Origin: Octopus vulgaris
Lineage: Eukaryota
Assembly (NCBI GenBank): GCA_951406725.2
Contig: OX597824.1
Coordinates: 5,704,001 to 5,768,000 of the forward strand
Reading direction: 5' to 3'
Length of the DNA stretch: 64,000 nt
Shown here piece by piece: positions 1-12,090 of this stretch. How positions within the stretch are numbered: the stretch's first letter is position 1; each line of letters opens with the position of its first letter. Made by a program: the position numbers and the translations under genes. The notes under the pieces are model-generated. The model saw nothing but the letters and a program-made list of their open reading frames with translations, had not been told where the DNA came from and did not search any database.

Positions 1-362
1 TGTGGAACCTGAAGTCGAAAACAATACCTGTTGTCATAGGTGCCCTAGGAAAGATAGCAAAAGGGGCTGATTCCTACCTAGCTCAGATACCAGGAATCCC
101 CAAAATGGCAGAAATACAAAAGACAGTGCTCATGGGAACTGTTCACATCCTACGCAAAATACTTTGTATGTACTTTCAAGTTTTAAAACAAACATAATTT
201 TCTTGTTTCTTAAACATTCTCTAGAACAACACTATGTATGAAACTAAATATATGGCACCCTAGGCATAACACCTACATGAACTTCCAACTTATTGTCTCT
301 TGAGGTCTCTGGGTGAGACTTGGAGCTAACTTGTACAATGTAAAGCAAACGTCAAACATAAA
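1..362 (+). mobile_element. R4/Dong-like non-LTR retrotransposon 3' end (REL domain C-terminus and 3'UTR), family A
   Basis: Frame 3 reads WNLKSKTIPVVIGALGKIAKGADSYLAQIPG...IQKTVLMGTVHILRKIL, the typical REL C-terminus; ends in TAA-rich sequence; homologous to 20160-20340 (-). Confidence 0.85.
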
Positions 363-380
363 ATAATTATCATAATAATT

Positions 381-895
381 ATGATAAGGTCTGTTTATTG
401 ATTGACACGAGCATACCCTGTGACCAAGATATATCAGCAAAGGGATTTGATAAGCTCTGAAAATATAAAGATCTGCTAATCGAAATCGAAAAGTTGTGAC
501 ATCCCACGATGGTTACAATACCAGTGGTTGTAGGAGAACATGGAATGATCAAAAAGAGAATTAACAATTATTTAAGAATGATCCTTGGCCTTCCCATCCA
601 TATCACGGAGTGCAAAAGATTGTATTAACTGCTACGTCACCCATACTGAGGAGAGCATTGTCACTTAGAATTTTCTTTCCCTTTTTCACTTTGTTTACAT
701 TTGTTTACTTTTTCTATTTTTCCCCCTTTTTCTTTTTCTCTCTGTTCTTCTTCGCCTTTTTCTCCACCACATGACTTTGTAAATGAACGATTTGGTGGGG
801 TTTTTTATTTTAATAGCGTGCAAATGTATAAAGTGCGTTTCTCTGCCGTAGGTGTCAGGAAAACACTCGGCAAGAAATGGAAACATAAGATGATA
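381..895 (+). mobile_element. R4/Dong-like REL fragment, 5'-truncated and decayed
   Basis: DKVCLLIDTSIPCDQDISAKGFDKL*KYKDLLIEIEKL*...TIPVVVGE...QKIVLTATSPILRRALSL with stops; 3' boundary approximate. Confidence 0.8.
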
Positions 896-934
896 ATGGA
901 AATATCAAAGATGATAAATTGTTTCACATTTTGC

Positions 935-1082
935 CACAATGCAGGCAATTTTGTGAGGAGGGGGATGTATCGATTACATCGACCCCAGTGTGAAACTGGT
1001 ACGTAAGTTATCGACATCGAAATGATGAAAGGCGGTGTCGACCTCGGCGTAATTTGAACTCAGAAAGTAGCGACGGGCGAAA
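935..1082 (-). mobile_element. tRNA-derived SINE, family S4, partial
   Basis: Reverse complement contains ttctgagttcaaattacgccgaggtcgac...ctttcatc...ctggggtcgatgtaatcga, shared with 44022-44440. Confidence 0.8.
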
Positions 1083-1129
1083 TAATAATAATAATAATAA
1101 TAATTATAATGATTAATAATAATAATAAC

Positions 1130-1194
<65 letters not shown>

Positions 1195-1203
1195 TTAATA
1201 ATG

Positions 1204-1263
<60 letters not shown>

Positions 1264-1730
1264 GTAATAATAATAAGAAGAAGAAGAAGGAGGAGGACGA
1301 GGAGGACGGGGAGGAGATTGATGAGGGGGAAGAAGAAGAATGAAGAGAAGAAAGAAGACGAAGAACGAAGAGGAAATAGAGGAGGTGGAGAAGAAGGAGG
1401 AGGAAGGGGAGGAGAAAAAGAACATGGAGAAGGAGGAGGAGAAGATAGAGGACGAGGTAGAAGGAGAGGAGGCGGAGGTGGAGGAGGAAGGGAAGAAGAA
1501 GAAGAAGGAGTAGGAGGAGAAAAAGAAGGAGAACGAAGATGAAATACAGGAGCTGGAGAAGAAGGAGGAGGAGGAGGAGAAGAAGAAGAAGAAGAAGAAG
1601 AAGAAGATGAAGAAGAAGAAGAAGAAGAAAGAAGAAGAAGAAGAAGAAGAAGAAGAAGAAGAAGAAGAAGAAGAAGAACATGGAGAAGGAAAAGAAGGAG
1701 AAGAAGGAGGAGGAGAAGAAGAAGAAGATA
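1082..1730. repeat. Compound trinucleotide microsatellite, (AAT)n grading into (GAA/GGA)n
   Basis: Seen directly. Confidence 0.95.
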
Positions 1731-2213
1731 ATCTTTAGTAGTGGTAAGTATTTAAAGAAATGTCCATCATTTTGAAGGCATGAATGCATTTCTTTGAAGT
1801 CGGTTTCATAATTAATGCATAATTGCGTCTTTTTTGAAATTTAGCAAATAGCTGAAAAGATTCTGTTGAACTGAAATGAGATCTCCTTATCTTAGTGCAA
1901 AAAGGTGATTAGCCGCATTAAGAGAACAGTTTGATCAACCGCTATGTTTTCCTGTTTCTAATCTTCACCGGACAACTCAAATCTTTTGCTCATCTCTGTA
2001 TTCTTGGTGTGTGTTCCTACTTTATAAACTGAATTTAATGCTAAGAAAAGAAGCTCGAATATGAAGTAACACTCTGTTGGCTGTTACGGTCGTGGCGTCG
2101 GCAAAATCAGCGGAAGTGGCTTTAATGTTAATAAAAACCAATGGATCGTGAAAGAGAGGTAGAGAGTGAGAGAGAGAGAGAGAGAATGTAAGGGAGATTG
2201 TATGGTTTTATAC

Positions 2214-2407
2214 CAGTGGTTCCCAAAGGGGGCAGTATTGCCCCATTGGGGGCGGTGGAAAATTCCAAAGGGGCCTTGAAGAAAAGTGTAAAAACAACAA
2301 AATAATGGCTTCGTTAGGTTAATTTTTATTTGTGAAATACATTTACTTCGCTAGGAATGCGAAGCGGTGCCAATGGGGCGCAGCCCGAAAAATTTTGGGA
2401 ACCACAG
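2214..2407. mobile_element. hAT-type MITE
   Basis: TIRs cagtggttcccaaa / tttgggaaccacag; 8-bp TSD ttttatac (2206-2213) / tcttatac (2408-2415). Confidence 0.85.
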
Positions 2408-2487
2408 TCTTATACTCTCTCCCTCTGTATCCTTCTCCATTCATCATGATGACAATATTGTCACCACATGATTTTATTCTTTTACTC

Positions 2488-2905
2488 TTTAGTCGAACAA
2501 ATCGATGCCTTTAGTCGAACAAATCGATGCCAGGAAGTATTCTCTTGTAAGCCCAGTATTTATTCAATCGGTTACTTGTGCCGAACCGGTAAGTTGCGGG
2601 GACATAAACACACCACTATCGGTTGTCAAGCGATGGTGGTGGGACAAAGACAGAAACACAAAAATATACATATATATACATGGTCAATTTGTTAGTATGT
2701 GGATCAAAAGTTTTCTCCATTTCCGGCTTATTTCATATATGAGGGGGGGGGGGGAGTGTATACGAAGGGCTTCGTTCAGACTCCGTCTGCCAAAGCTAAT
2801 TGCAAGGCTTTGGTCGACCCGATGCTATAGTAGAAGACTCTTGCTAAAGATGCCAACCCGGAACCATGTGGTTGGTAAGCAAGCGACTTACTACACGGCC
2901 ACTCC
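2488..2905 (-). mobile_element. tRNA-derived SINE, family S1, degraded
   Basis: Colinear with 18978-19382; contains a local duplication of tttagtcgaacaaatcgatgc. Confidence 0.75.
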
Positions 2906-3088
2906 TTTACGTATGCATGTATGTATGTATGTATGTATGTATGTATGCATGCATGTATGCATGCATGCATGTATGTATGTATGTATGTATGTATGTATGT
3001 ATATATGTATGTGTATATGTATGTACAGTGCAATGGATATATGGTGCAATGTAATTCTTAAGCTACTGAGTGCATGTATGTGTATATA

Positions 3089-3250
3089 GGCGCAGGAGTG
3101 GCCGTGTGGTAAGTAGCTTGCTAACCAACCACATGGTTCCGGGTTCAGTCCCACTGCATGGCATCTTGGGCAAGTGTCTTCTGCTATAGCCCCGGGCCGA
3201 CCAATGCCTTGTGAGTGGATTTGGTAGACGGAAACTGAAAGAAGCCTGTC

Positions 3251-3314
<64 letters not shown>

Positions 3315-3507
3315 GTTTGTGTGTCTGTGTTTGTCAACCGACGCTGGTGTGTTTACGTCCCTGTCACTTAGCGGTTCGGCAAAAGGGACCGATAGAATAA
3401 GTACTGGGCTTACAAAGAATAAGTCCCGGGGTCGATTTGCTCGACTAAAGGCGGTGCTCCAGCATGGCCGCAGTCAAATGACTGAAACAAGTAAAAGAGT
3501 AAAAGAG
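3089..3507 (+). mobile_element. tRNA-derived SINE, family S1, full length with internal (TA)n(TG)n
   Basis: Box A tggccgtgtgg, box B ggttcagtccc, body ttgggcaagtgtcttc, tail gactgaaacaagtaaaagagtaaaagag; near-identical inverted copy at 18978-19382. Confidence 0.9.
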
Positions 3508-4148
3508 TATATGTGCACGCGCTAGTGAAAATCAGTATCCTTGGCTTATAGGCACAAACCATCCGACGAACTTCTTTACAGTTTCCGAACACCCAATTTT
3601 ATAGTTATTGCGCGTTTACAGGAAGAATTAAACAGAATATATTCGATCTCACCACCGCGTAAACATTCCTTTTTGGAGCAAAAAATAAAGATTAAACCAA
3701 TATATTATTGTTTAAGTTCAGTTAAATAGCTATACGGTAAGGTTAACGTTAACATAATTAGTTTAGCGAAGCAATAAATTTTAATTAATTAAAACTACAC
3801 CCTTGCTGATCAGAAACCGTAATTAACTTAATAATCCATTCTGGTCTATCACGTTTTATTTTGGTTTAATAGTTAATGTCGCATAAAGTTATAATGTATT
3901 TTCTTCTTGCAAAAATTAATGTTTGTTTTGTACACTGGAACTCGGAAAATAAGGCATTCTCAGTAATTTCATGAAGAGCCAAAACCTGAGATTCAGTCTC
4001 GACCATGTTATCGGTAAAATATGTTACCATATTCAACAGTTTTCTATCGTTTTCACTTGAGATTTACAGCAAAAGGTACACACTTGACACTGTAAGTCGT
4101 TATATGATTGGTGAGAAGGTTATTTACTCACCTCTACATGCTATACGT

Positions 4149-4429
4149 GGAGGCCCAGTGGTTAGGGCAGTGGACTCGCGGTTTCGATTCCCAGACCGGG
4201 CGTTGTGAGTGTTTATTGAGCGAAAACACCTAAAAGCTCCACGAGGCTCCGGCAGGGTGTGGTGATCCCTGCTGTACTCTTTCACCACTCTTTCTTCTGT
4301 TGGCCTGCTCGCTTAGCCAGCGGGGTGGCGTCATTCGAAGGCTAAAACAATGCGAACGCATTGTGACCAGCGATGTGTAACAACATCTGATGGTCTGGTC
4401 GGTCACGTGGTGACCACGTGGTGGTCACA
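4149..4429 (+). mobile_element. tRNA-derived SINE, family S2
   Basis: ggcccagtggttagggcag...gtttcgattcccagaccgggcg head; body shared with 32174-32340 and 49160-49400. Confidence 0.85.
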
Positions 4430-4566
4430 TGCTATACACCTATACATGAACTTGCACGTTCTATTCTGTGTCTCTCACACTTTTGTATGCGCGCATATAT
4501 ACATGTGAGTGAGCGTGTCTGTCTACCCTGTATGTTTGCTTGTGTGCGTGACGTGTGTAATAAAAG

Positions 4567-4598
<32 letters not shown>

Positions 4599-4874
4599 GT
4601 ATATACACACGTAAAAACACATATAGGCAAACAAAACAATTTAGATGAACAGATATATAAAAACAGACACGTTCGTGTGTGCATATATATATATATAGAT
4701 GCATGCATACATATATACATTAATACACACATACATATAGACATACATACATTCATACATACATACATTCATACGTAAATAAATAAATACATACAAACAT
4801 ACATACATTCATACATACATACATACATACATACATACATACATACATACATACATACATACATACATACATAC

Positions 4875-5422
4875 ATGGTGGCTGCCCCCTCGTTATCGAG
4901 TATGGCCATTGCACGAAACTTAATCAATGTTGTTATCGTGCAATGCCTGTGCAAGAAGATTTTTTTAAAGTGAGGAAAGGCTGTGCACTGAATCAATCCC
5001 ACTCACTAAGCAACAGCAGTCATAATCCGAAAAGAAGAACAAGTCAACATCATCGGTAACCACTGAGCCGCAGGTTTTATGTCGGAGTTATCCCAGTTTC
5101 CTGAGTTACCTTCTCCTAGAAGGATTCCCTAACAAAGGCTGGCAGTCCTTCACTCCCAATGGCTTAACCGCGCGATCAGGTATACAGTCCGATTATTTCT
5201 ATGTCCCAGCGCATGATACAGCTTTAAGACATTTATTGGATGGCCGTTGACTCTCAAGAGTTCCTCCGCTCTTTGACGGGTTTTGTTTTTCATCCCGCAG
5301 GGTGTCCAATAAACACTCTCCTCACCAAGCAAGCTTGGTGGGGTTGCCGGTTTAGTCGCCGACGACCCGACCATGCAACATGGGTTACATGTTACCAGTA
5401 GCACTCGAAAGTGACCTGACCC
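4875..5422 (-). mobile_element. Non-autonomous RTE-like element (5'UTR-like and 3'-end-like parts, no ORF) inside (CATA)n
   Basis: Minus strand has agcctttgttagggaatccttctaggagaagg (RTE 5'UTR-like) and ends ctcgataacgagggggcagccaccat(gtat)n; (CATA)n on both flanks. Confidence 0.55.
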
Positions 5423-6339
5423 ACACACATACATACATACGTACACACATACGTACATACATAACATACATACATAATACATACATAACATACATACATA
5501 CATACATACATACATACATACATACATACATACATACATACATACATACATACATACATAGAGGCATGCATGCATACACATGATTGCGTCTGTATGAGTG
5601 TCGGACCAATTTATGTTCATAGTTCATCAAATCACCGAAATGAACAGCAAAGTTTAACGTGACTTTTGTACTTGCAACCGAGAAAAATTCGTTCATTTGG
5701 TTTCTTTCTCATTTAGCATCCTATTTCTTGCTTGCTTGTTATTCAACTTATCAGTAATTCCACTTTGATGCATTCAATTCTAGGCGGGGATGGCGTCGGT
5801 TTCGTTTTAGTAGAAGAATTTTTTAGATGTTAAAAGGAAACATGTTATGAAATTTTTTTTTTTGTTATATCATTTGATACGAATGACAGTGGCAATTGAT
5901 ATGAAACAGCAAGTTGGAATACTCGCTAAAGCATCACATCGAGTACCTTGTGATATTCAATTTTTTTTTGTCACTGAATTAAAATTACATGGAAGCCTCC
6001 GCTACCCTTTTTTCTTTCCTTTTCGTTGTTGCTAAATCAGATAGCAGACCGGTACAGAGAGTAGAGTTGTCTCTCGGTTCTCTGGGTTATGTATTCATAG
6101 ACTCGGTCTAGGAATAACATCAAAGGATACACTCGTGTCATCGTCAGTGGAAGACTCAGCCAGCCACACATAAATATCATCAGCTATGAGATATTTCATA
6201 AAATTAATGCTATGCATCGACATAGATGAGGAATCTATCGCTTCTAATTCATTCTGTATTTGATATATTTTGAAAATGAGAATTTCATTTAAATATAATT
6301 TCCTTACATGTTTGGTAATTTCATTATATTTCATGTCTA

Positions 6340-6545
6340 AGGCGTCGAGCTGGCAGAGTCGTTACTACTCCGAGAAAAATGTTTAGCGGCATTTCGTCCA
6401 TCAGGAGTTCAAATTCCACCGTGGTCGACTTTGCCGTGCATATTTTTTGGGCCGATAAAATTAGTTGTATTTGAGTATTGAGGTTGATGTAACTGACTTG
6501 AACTCTCCCATCAAATTGCTGGCCTTGTGCTCAAATTTTGAAACC
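6340..6545 (+). mobile_element. SINE family S4, diverged
   Basis: ggcgtcgagctggcagagtcgtta...gagttcaaattccaccgtggtcgactttg...ggccttgtgc. Confidence 0.75.
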
Positions 6546-7695
6546 CTTATTATCTTTTAGTAAATTTGAGATATTTTTCTCTGTCTGTTACGTTTTTCGT
6601 TCGTTAACTCCTCATAGACCATTGATGCAAGGACGACGAAATTCAAACCAGCAACTCCCCTAATGCCAGGGAATGTCCTAAGAGGGCCTATTTTTTTAAG
6701 GGCCGCGTAACTGAGGCATCTCTGATCTCCCCATTTTTACTGCACTTTAAATTAAATACGAGGCATTGGCGACCAAATCGGAGCAATGACAATGAATTTC
6801 ATACCATGAACTCCCAGGGAGTATCGTAAGGAGGTTCAATTTCTGAAGGTCCGCTTAAATGTGTCCCTACTGACCTCCAACTATTTTTGCTGCATTTACC
6901 TCGCTCCTATACTCATTGATTAACCTATGATCAGCATCAGTGCTTAGCACGTTTGCAGGAATAAGTTTAGGCACTTTAAATACGTTCACGTACATTCAAA
7001 TCGAGTTATAACAGGTACGTTTCAGGTGTCGTAGTGTGGATATTCGTATTCTGTATTTTATGAGACTTACGTCGAGATGGAAAACTAATCTTCCTGTTCC
7101 GGTCAAAGATTTGTAATATAGAATTACAAATCTGTATTTAATATAGATTTGTAATATAGAATATTGTCAGATAGAATGAGATTGAGATGAAATAGATCGT
7201 ATTCATTTCATCTCAATATCATTTTAATATATTTTTCGGAAATGCTGAAGTGATGGAAAAATTATGATAGCTATGATAGTCATATATTTCATTTGCTTAG
7301 TGCGAATGGAGGTTCAAGTCGTAAAATAGGAAGTGAATTAATAACTACAGTGAGTTTGGAAGTACATATAACTCCGTGAAAGTGTCGCAAATTTTCATCG
7401 ACAGAATAAATTGAAAAATAAAACTGTAAAAAGAAATATGGAAAATGGCTCCCAAAGGCCTCAAAGGTCCCCTCCGCATGAGCTACCCTGAATGTCACCA
7501 GATGCGTGGCATCAAGGCTAGTACTGTATAATTTGCTGTTAATATATTTATTGATAAACCAGATTCCAAAGACCCTAACTGGAGGATATTTACACATTAT
7601 ATAAGTTGCCAGTATTATGAAAATAACTCATGTATTAGGCAGTGGTATATCCCCCAAGATATCTAATTGATTTTGTCAGTCTTTATAGAACACAG

Positions 7696-7890
7696 TAAGA
7701 TTGCAAATTTAGTCTCTCTGTTAAAAAATACTTGGAAATATTTTTATTTTTATTTAGTGAAGCCAGGTAACTGTCTTCTTTAAGAACTTAAGGAAAACAC
7801 TCATATAATCATATTTTACTTGGATCCACTAAATTAAAATCAAAATATTTCCAAGTACTTTTTAACAGAGAGATTAAATTTGCAATCTTA
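7696..7890. mobile_element. Foldback/MITE-like element with ~75-bp inverted arms
   Basis: taagattgcaaatttagtctctctgttaaaaaatacttggaaatattt... pairs with ...aaatatttccaagtactttttaacagagagattaaatttgcaatctta. Confidence 0.8.
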
Positions 7891-8757
7891 ATTCTTTGAC
7901 TTGGCTCATCTACACTTTCTGTTATGTATAAATCTTTCTATCCTCTTTACATAGGATACACTTTGACATATCAATTCCTGGTGCACAGGATTCTCACCGA
8001 AGGCAATGTTTCTTATCGAACGACTAAGCTAAAATAATAACAACCATAAATAACATATATACACACAACACACTCCTCAGGTCATTACAGAGGGAAAAGG
8101 TGTTCTTAATCTAGTTGACTTGTCACCATTAATACACATTGACATCTGTTCTGTGTATTCTATTCAAACAGATCCTGCAGTAAACACTTTGCCCAAATGG
8201 CTTTCTTCGAACTGTAAAACTATAGAATTGTTTTGCTGCGAAACATAATTTGCAGCTGGTTCCGCTGAACATGAAACACATCATTCACAGCAATATGAAA
8301 CACTCTATAAAGATCAGGGCGAAGAAAACTGGTATGGTTAGAGCTTTTCTACACACACACACACACATACATACATACATACATACATACATACATACAT
8401 ACATACATACATACATACATACACACATACTTTTATACATAAATACATACGTACATAAACAAAAACATAAATATATATACATGCAGAAAAGATGATATAT
8501 ATATATATATATGCAACATATATATATATATACAAGCAAAATATATATATCGATTAAACTATAAAATATATATATATATATACAAGCAGCAACACTTTAA
8601 CCGAATGGGCAATGGCGCCTAAAAACAAATATGCAAAAATACATTACTAAATATATTTTCCAGTTGATGCTATTAAGTTAGCTATGACCTGGGCCAATGT
8701 GGCCGAAACCTATCTATATGCATACATACATACACACACACGCACACACACACATAG

Positions 8758-8804
<47 letters not shown>

Positions 8805-8940
8805 GGCGCAGGAGTGGCTGTGTGGTAAGTAGCTTGCTTACCAACCACATGGTTCTAAGTTCAGTTCGACTGCGTGGCACCTTATACTATAGCCTTGCGA
8901 GTGGATTTCGTAGACGGAAACTGAAAGAAGCCTGTCGTAT
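8805..8940 (+). mobile_element. SINE family S1, head part in (TA)n
   Basis: ggcgcaggagtggctgtgtggtaagtagcttgc...gaaactgaaagaagcctgtcg; degraded tail near 9140-9290. Confidence 0.85.
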
Positions 8941-9054
8941 ATATATATATATATGTATGTGTTTGTTGTGCGCGCTTTTGTGTCTGTATATATATGTATA
9001 TTTGTGTGTGTGTGTGTATAGACACAACGACAAATACATATACATACGTATATG

Positions 9055-9102
<48 letters not shown>

Positions 9103-11198
9103 TGTATGTGTGAGAGAGAAAAAGAGAGTGTGAGAGGTTTGTTTAGGTCCTCTGGCTTAACGCCTCGGCAAAAGGCCGATAACGGGTAAAATTCTTAAGA
9201 ATGTAAGTACTGTGATCGATCTGTTCGACTAAACTCTTCATGGCTGCAGTCTAATAATTGAGACAAGAGAAGAGATCAAAGATAAAAGATATTCTCACAC
9301 AGACTATGCTAATTTTCTGCACGGATGTTTATTCAGAAAGTATAGGTAGAGACGCTTGTGTTGTCAATTTTGAAACTGCCTGGCGAAATTGCCATCGATA
9401 TGTGGTGTATTATTACTTCTATTTTAGTAGTTATATCTTTTCAAAGAAAAATATAATGCAGTCTCCCTTGATACCACTTCTTTTGTGTATTTCCCGAGTT
9501 TTGAAACTGTTTTCCGTTTTTAAGAATCGATGTCGATTGTTCGGCCGATAAAAGTTCTATCAAAAGTCTTCATGCGACGACCTCTGATAAGAAGCAATTT
9601 TTACACTATACAAAAGTATTCAAACGTTTAATGCAAAAGTTTTTCCATGCCAAATAAAGTTTTAGACTTTATTGAAAATATAGAAATAATTATCAGACAC
9701 ATTTAGAATCTGTTAAATACTGTTTTGTAACAAGCTGGGGGAGAAATGCGTCGCGTCACAGAAAGAAACAGTCTTAGACAGGATTTTATAATTTTATTGT
9801 CGATAATTTAAATCTCTTGAGCAATGGCGCTTTATATTACATCATCAGAATAAATTTTAATGAAAATAACATTCTTAGGTCATTAATAATTTGTTCTTAT
9901 TGAAATATAAATTGTTTCTTCCACGAATTGTTAGCTATTTATTCGAAGAATGAGCGTAGAGATTTCCTAAGTACACCCTTACTATCAGAACATGTTTAAT
10001 TTTCTGATAAAAAGACATTCATTTTGTAAAACATTAGTTTGCTGCAAGTGACGATTATAATAAGCGAATACACCTGGTCGAAATACCAGACAATTACACA
10101 GGTCTGCGGTTTTCATCTCAGTCAATTGTGCCTTCTGCTCTACGAGTCTCTGTATGTTGGGTATCATAGCTGCGTTCGTACAACACTTGTAACACGTGAC
10201 TGTATATAGATATTAAGCCCAGCATGCTGTGTATCCTTTTAAATATATATATCGTCAACTATTTATTCAATATCTACTTATAAAATATCATATATTCAAA
10301 CCATTATATGTTACCACGTAAATAATGCAATAAATTCTAACAAATATTACAGAAAACAACTTAAATTTAGAATACCAGTTTTTACGGAACCATGTTTTAC
10401 AAACTGTGAAATCGGTAAAACGAACACAGAGTTGAAATTAGATATAACAGCATCATTTGTATAATACTTTTACAGTTTATATATTTAAAATGTTCATTTG
10501 TTGTCGAATGGTTATACATTCATATATCGATATTATAGACTATACATATTTGCGTATAGTGTAGTTTGAATTATCTATACTATTCATATATAAATGAAAC
10601 GTTTATTGAAATTCAAGTGGGGTATCATTGTTTGTTATCGAGTAATACTTATCATCGAATCGGAAATGCTTATATCAAAATAAATGCATCGATTTATTGA
10701 TGCAAATTGCTTCGTAAGAATTCAAGTAAACTAGACATTGTTCGGCTTTCGGGGGGAGGCTAAAATGATGTTAGATGTTTAGGTTAAGAACTTGACCCGA
10801 ATAAAACAGTTTTAAAAAAGATATATAGTATGACTTTAGACAAGACATGGTTCAGTAAATGTAATATTCCAGCTTTCCTGATTTATTGAATTACAAATGT
10901 TATCTGCCACAAAATTATCTGAACTTTGCCATAAACTGGGGAAAACCTTCTCAACGATAAATCTATCTGAGGCTTTAACAATAGACTTTATAGAACGTTA
11001 CCTTTCAACAAGACTGAGTAATTAAAACTGACAAATAAGACTCAGGATAAAGGGAACGGCAAACTACCAAATGATAATCGATTTTTCCATGTATTTATAT
11101 CGTCTGGAATTTCACTAAAAATATTTTCAAGATTAATCTGGTGGAGTCTCTTACATTAAAGAACACAATGGCGTCTTGCAAGAATATTTTCCCGTCAT

Positions 11199-11400
11199 TC
11201 AATTTCGAATTAATAAAGTTTTCTTGACAAATCGTAGATTTGGTTGCAGACAAAGAATTCGATATGCTGACTTATATGAACTTGTTATCTTTAAGTGTGT
11301 TAAAAACTGATTTCCGTCAAACATTATTCTGTTCCACGTATACAGGCGGATTTCTATATGTTGCAGATTTTTCCAAAGATCAGTAACATTTCGTTCACTC
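11199..11400 (-). CDS. Candidate terminal coding exon of an unrecognised gene
   Basis: Acceptor ttattatttcatatctatag|G; open frame SERNVTDLWKNLQHIEIRLY...LLIRN*; phase-compatible with exon 18446-18660; no homologue recognised. Confidence 0.25.
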
Positions 11401-12046
11401 CTATAGATATGAAATAATAACAAATGATTAACATAAATGCAATGCAAATTTAATTTTACATCCTTTAATACAGACAGAAACACAGATAGGGAGAGTAAGT
11501 AGACACGGATAACGAAAGAGAACGAGAGAGGGAGAGAGCGAGCGAGGGAGGGAAGAAATTTCTATGAGAATTCGAATGCATTAAAGAAACGTAAAGTTTT
11601 TTTTATTACTGAAGAAGTTTATAAATTTCATTCGAAGTAACACTTTATAAATATGAATCAGATAGATTTTCCTTCTAATTTTAGAAGTCATTTCAGGCGA
11701 ACGGAGTCTTTTACGCTTGTCTCACACAATAAAATCACTCGCTTTACTATATTTCTTTACTCTGAATTGCTACATTTACTTACAAATCATCAAAACATTA
11801 TGTTTTTTTCTTGTTAGTTTTGAATTTGTTATTTGCATTCTTCATTGTTCACCTTTTTCAGTATTATTCTTATGTCCTAAGCCAGTTCTCTGGCAAACAA
11901 TATCGGCTTTTATTCACTTCAGCATATAAAAATAATTCTTCGATTTATAAATATTGATATACTTACTAATCCTAATACAATTTGCCACTAGCTTATAATC
12001 ACTTAACCTGTTAAAAGAGGTAAAACGGTTCGCCAGATTTACGCAG

Positions 12047-12090
<44 letters not shown>

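Noticed and set aside
974-1789. 271-aa ORF and other poly-I/L/F/Y/K or YIYI/CMYV ORFs across the window
   Set aside because: Translations of microsatellites that lack stop codons in some frames
6095-6253. Possible minus-strand terminal exon NELEAIDSS...PRPSL*
   Set aside because: Weak polypyrimidine tract, no homology, no phase-0 partner found
7289-7597. 102-aa ORF with a vaguely cadherin-like end
   Set aside because: Lacks DRE and DxNDN motifs; length compatible with chance
9985-10200. Short ORFs on both strands in unique sequence
   Set aside because: No recognisable domain or consistent splice pair
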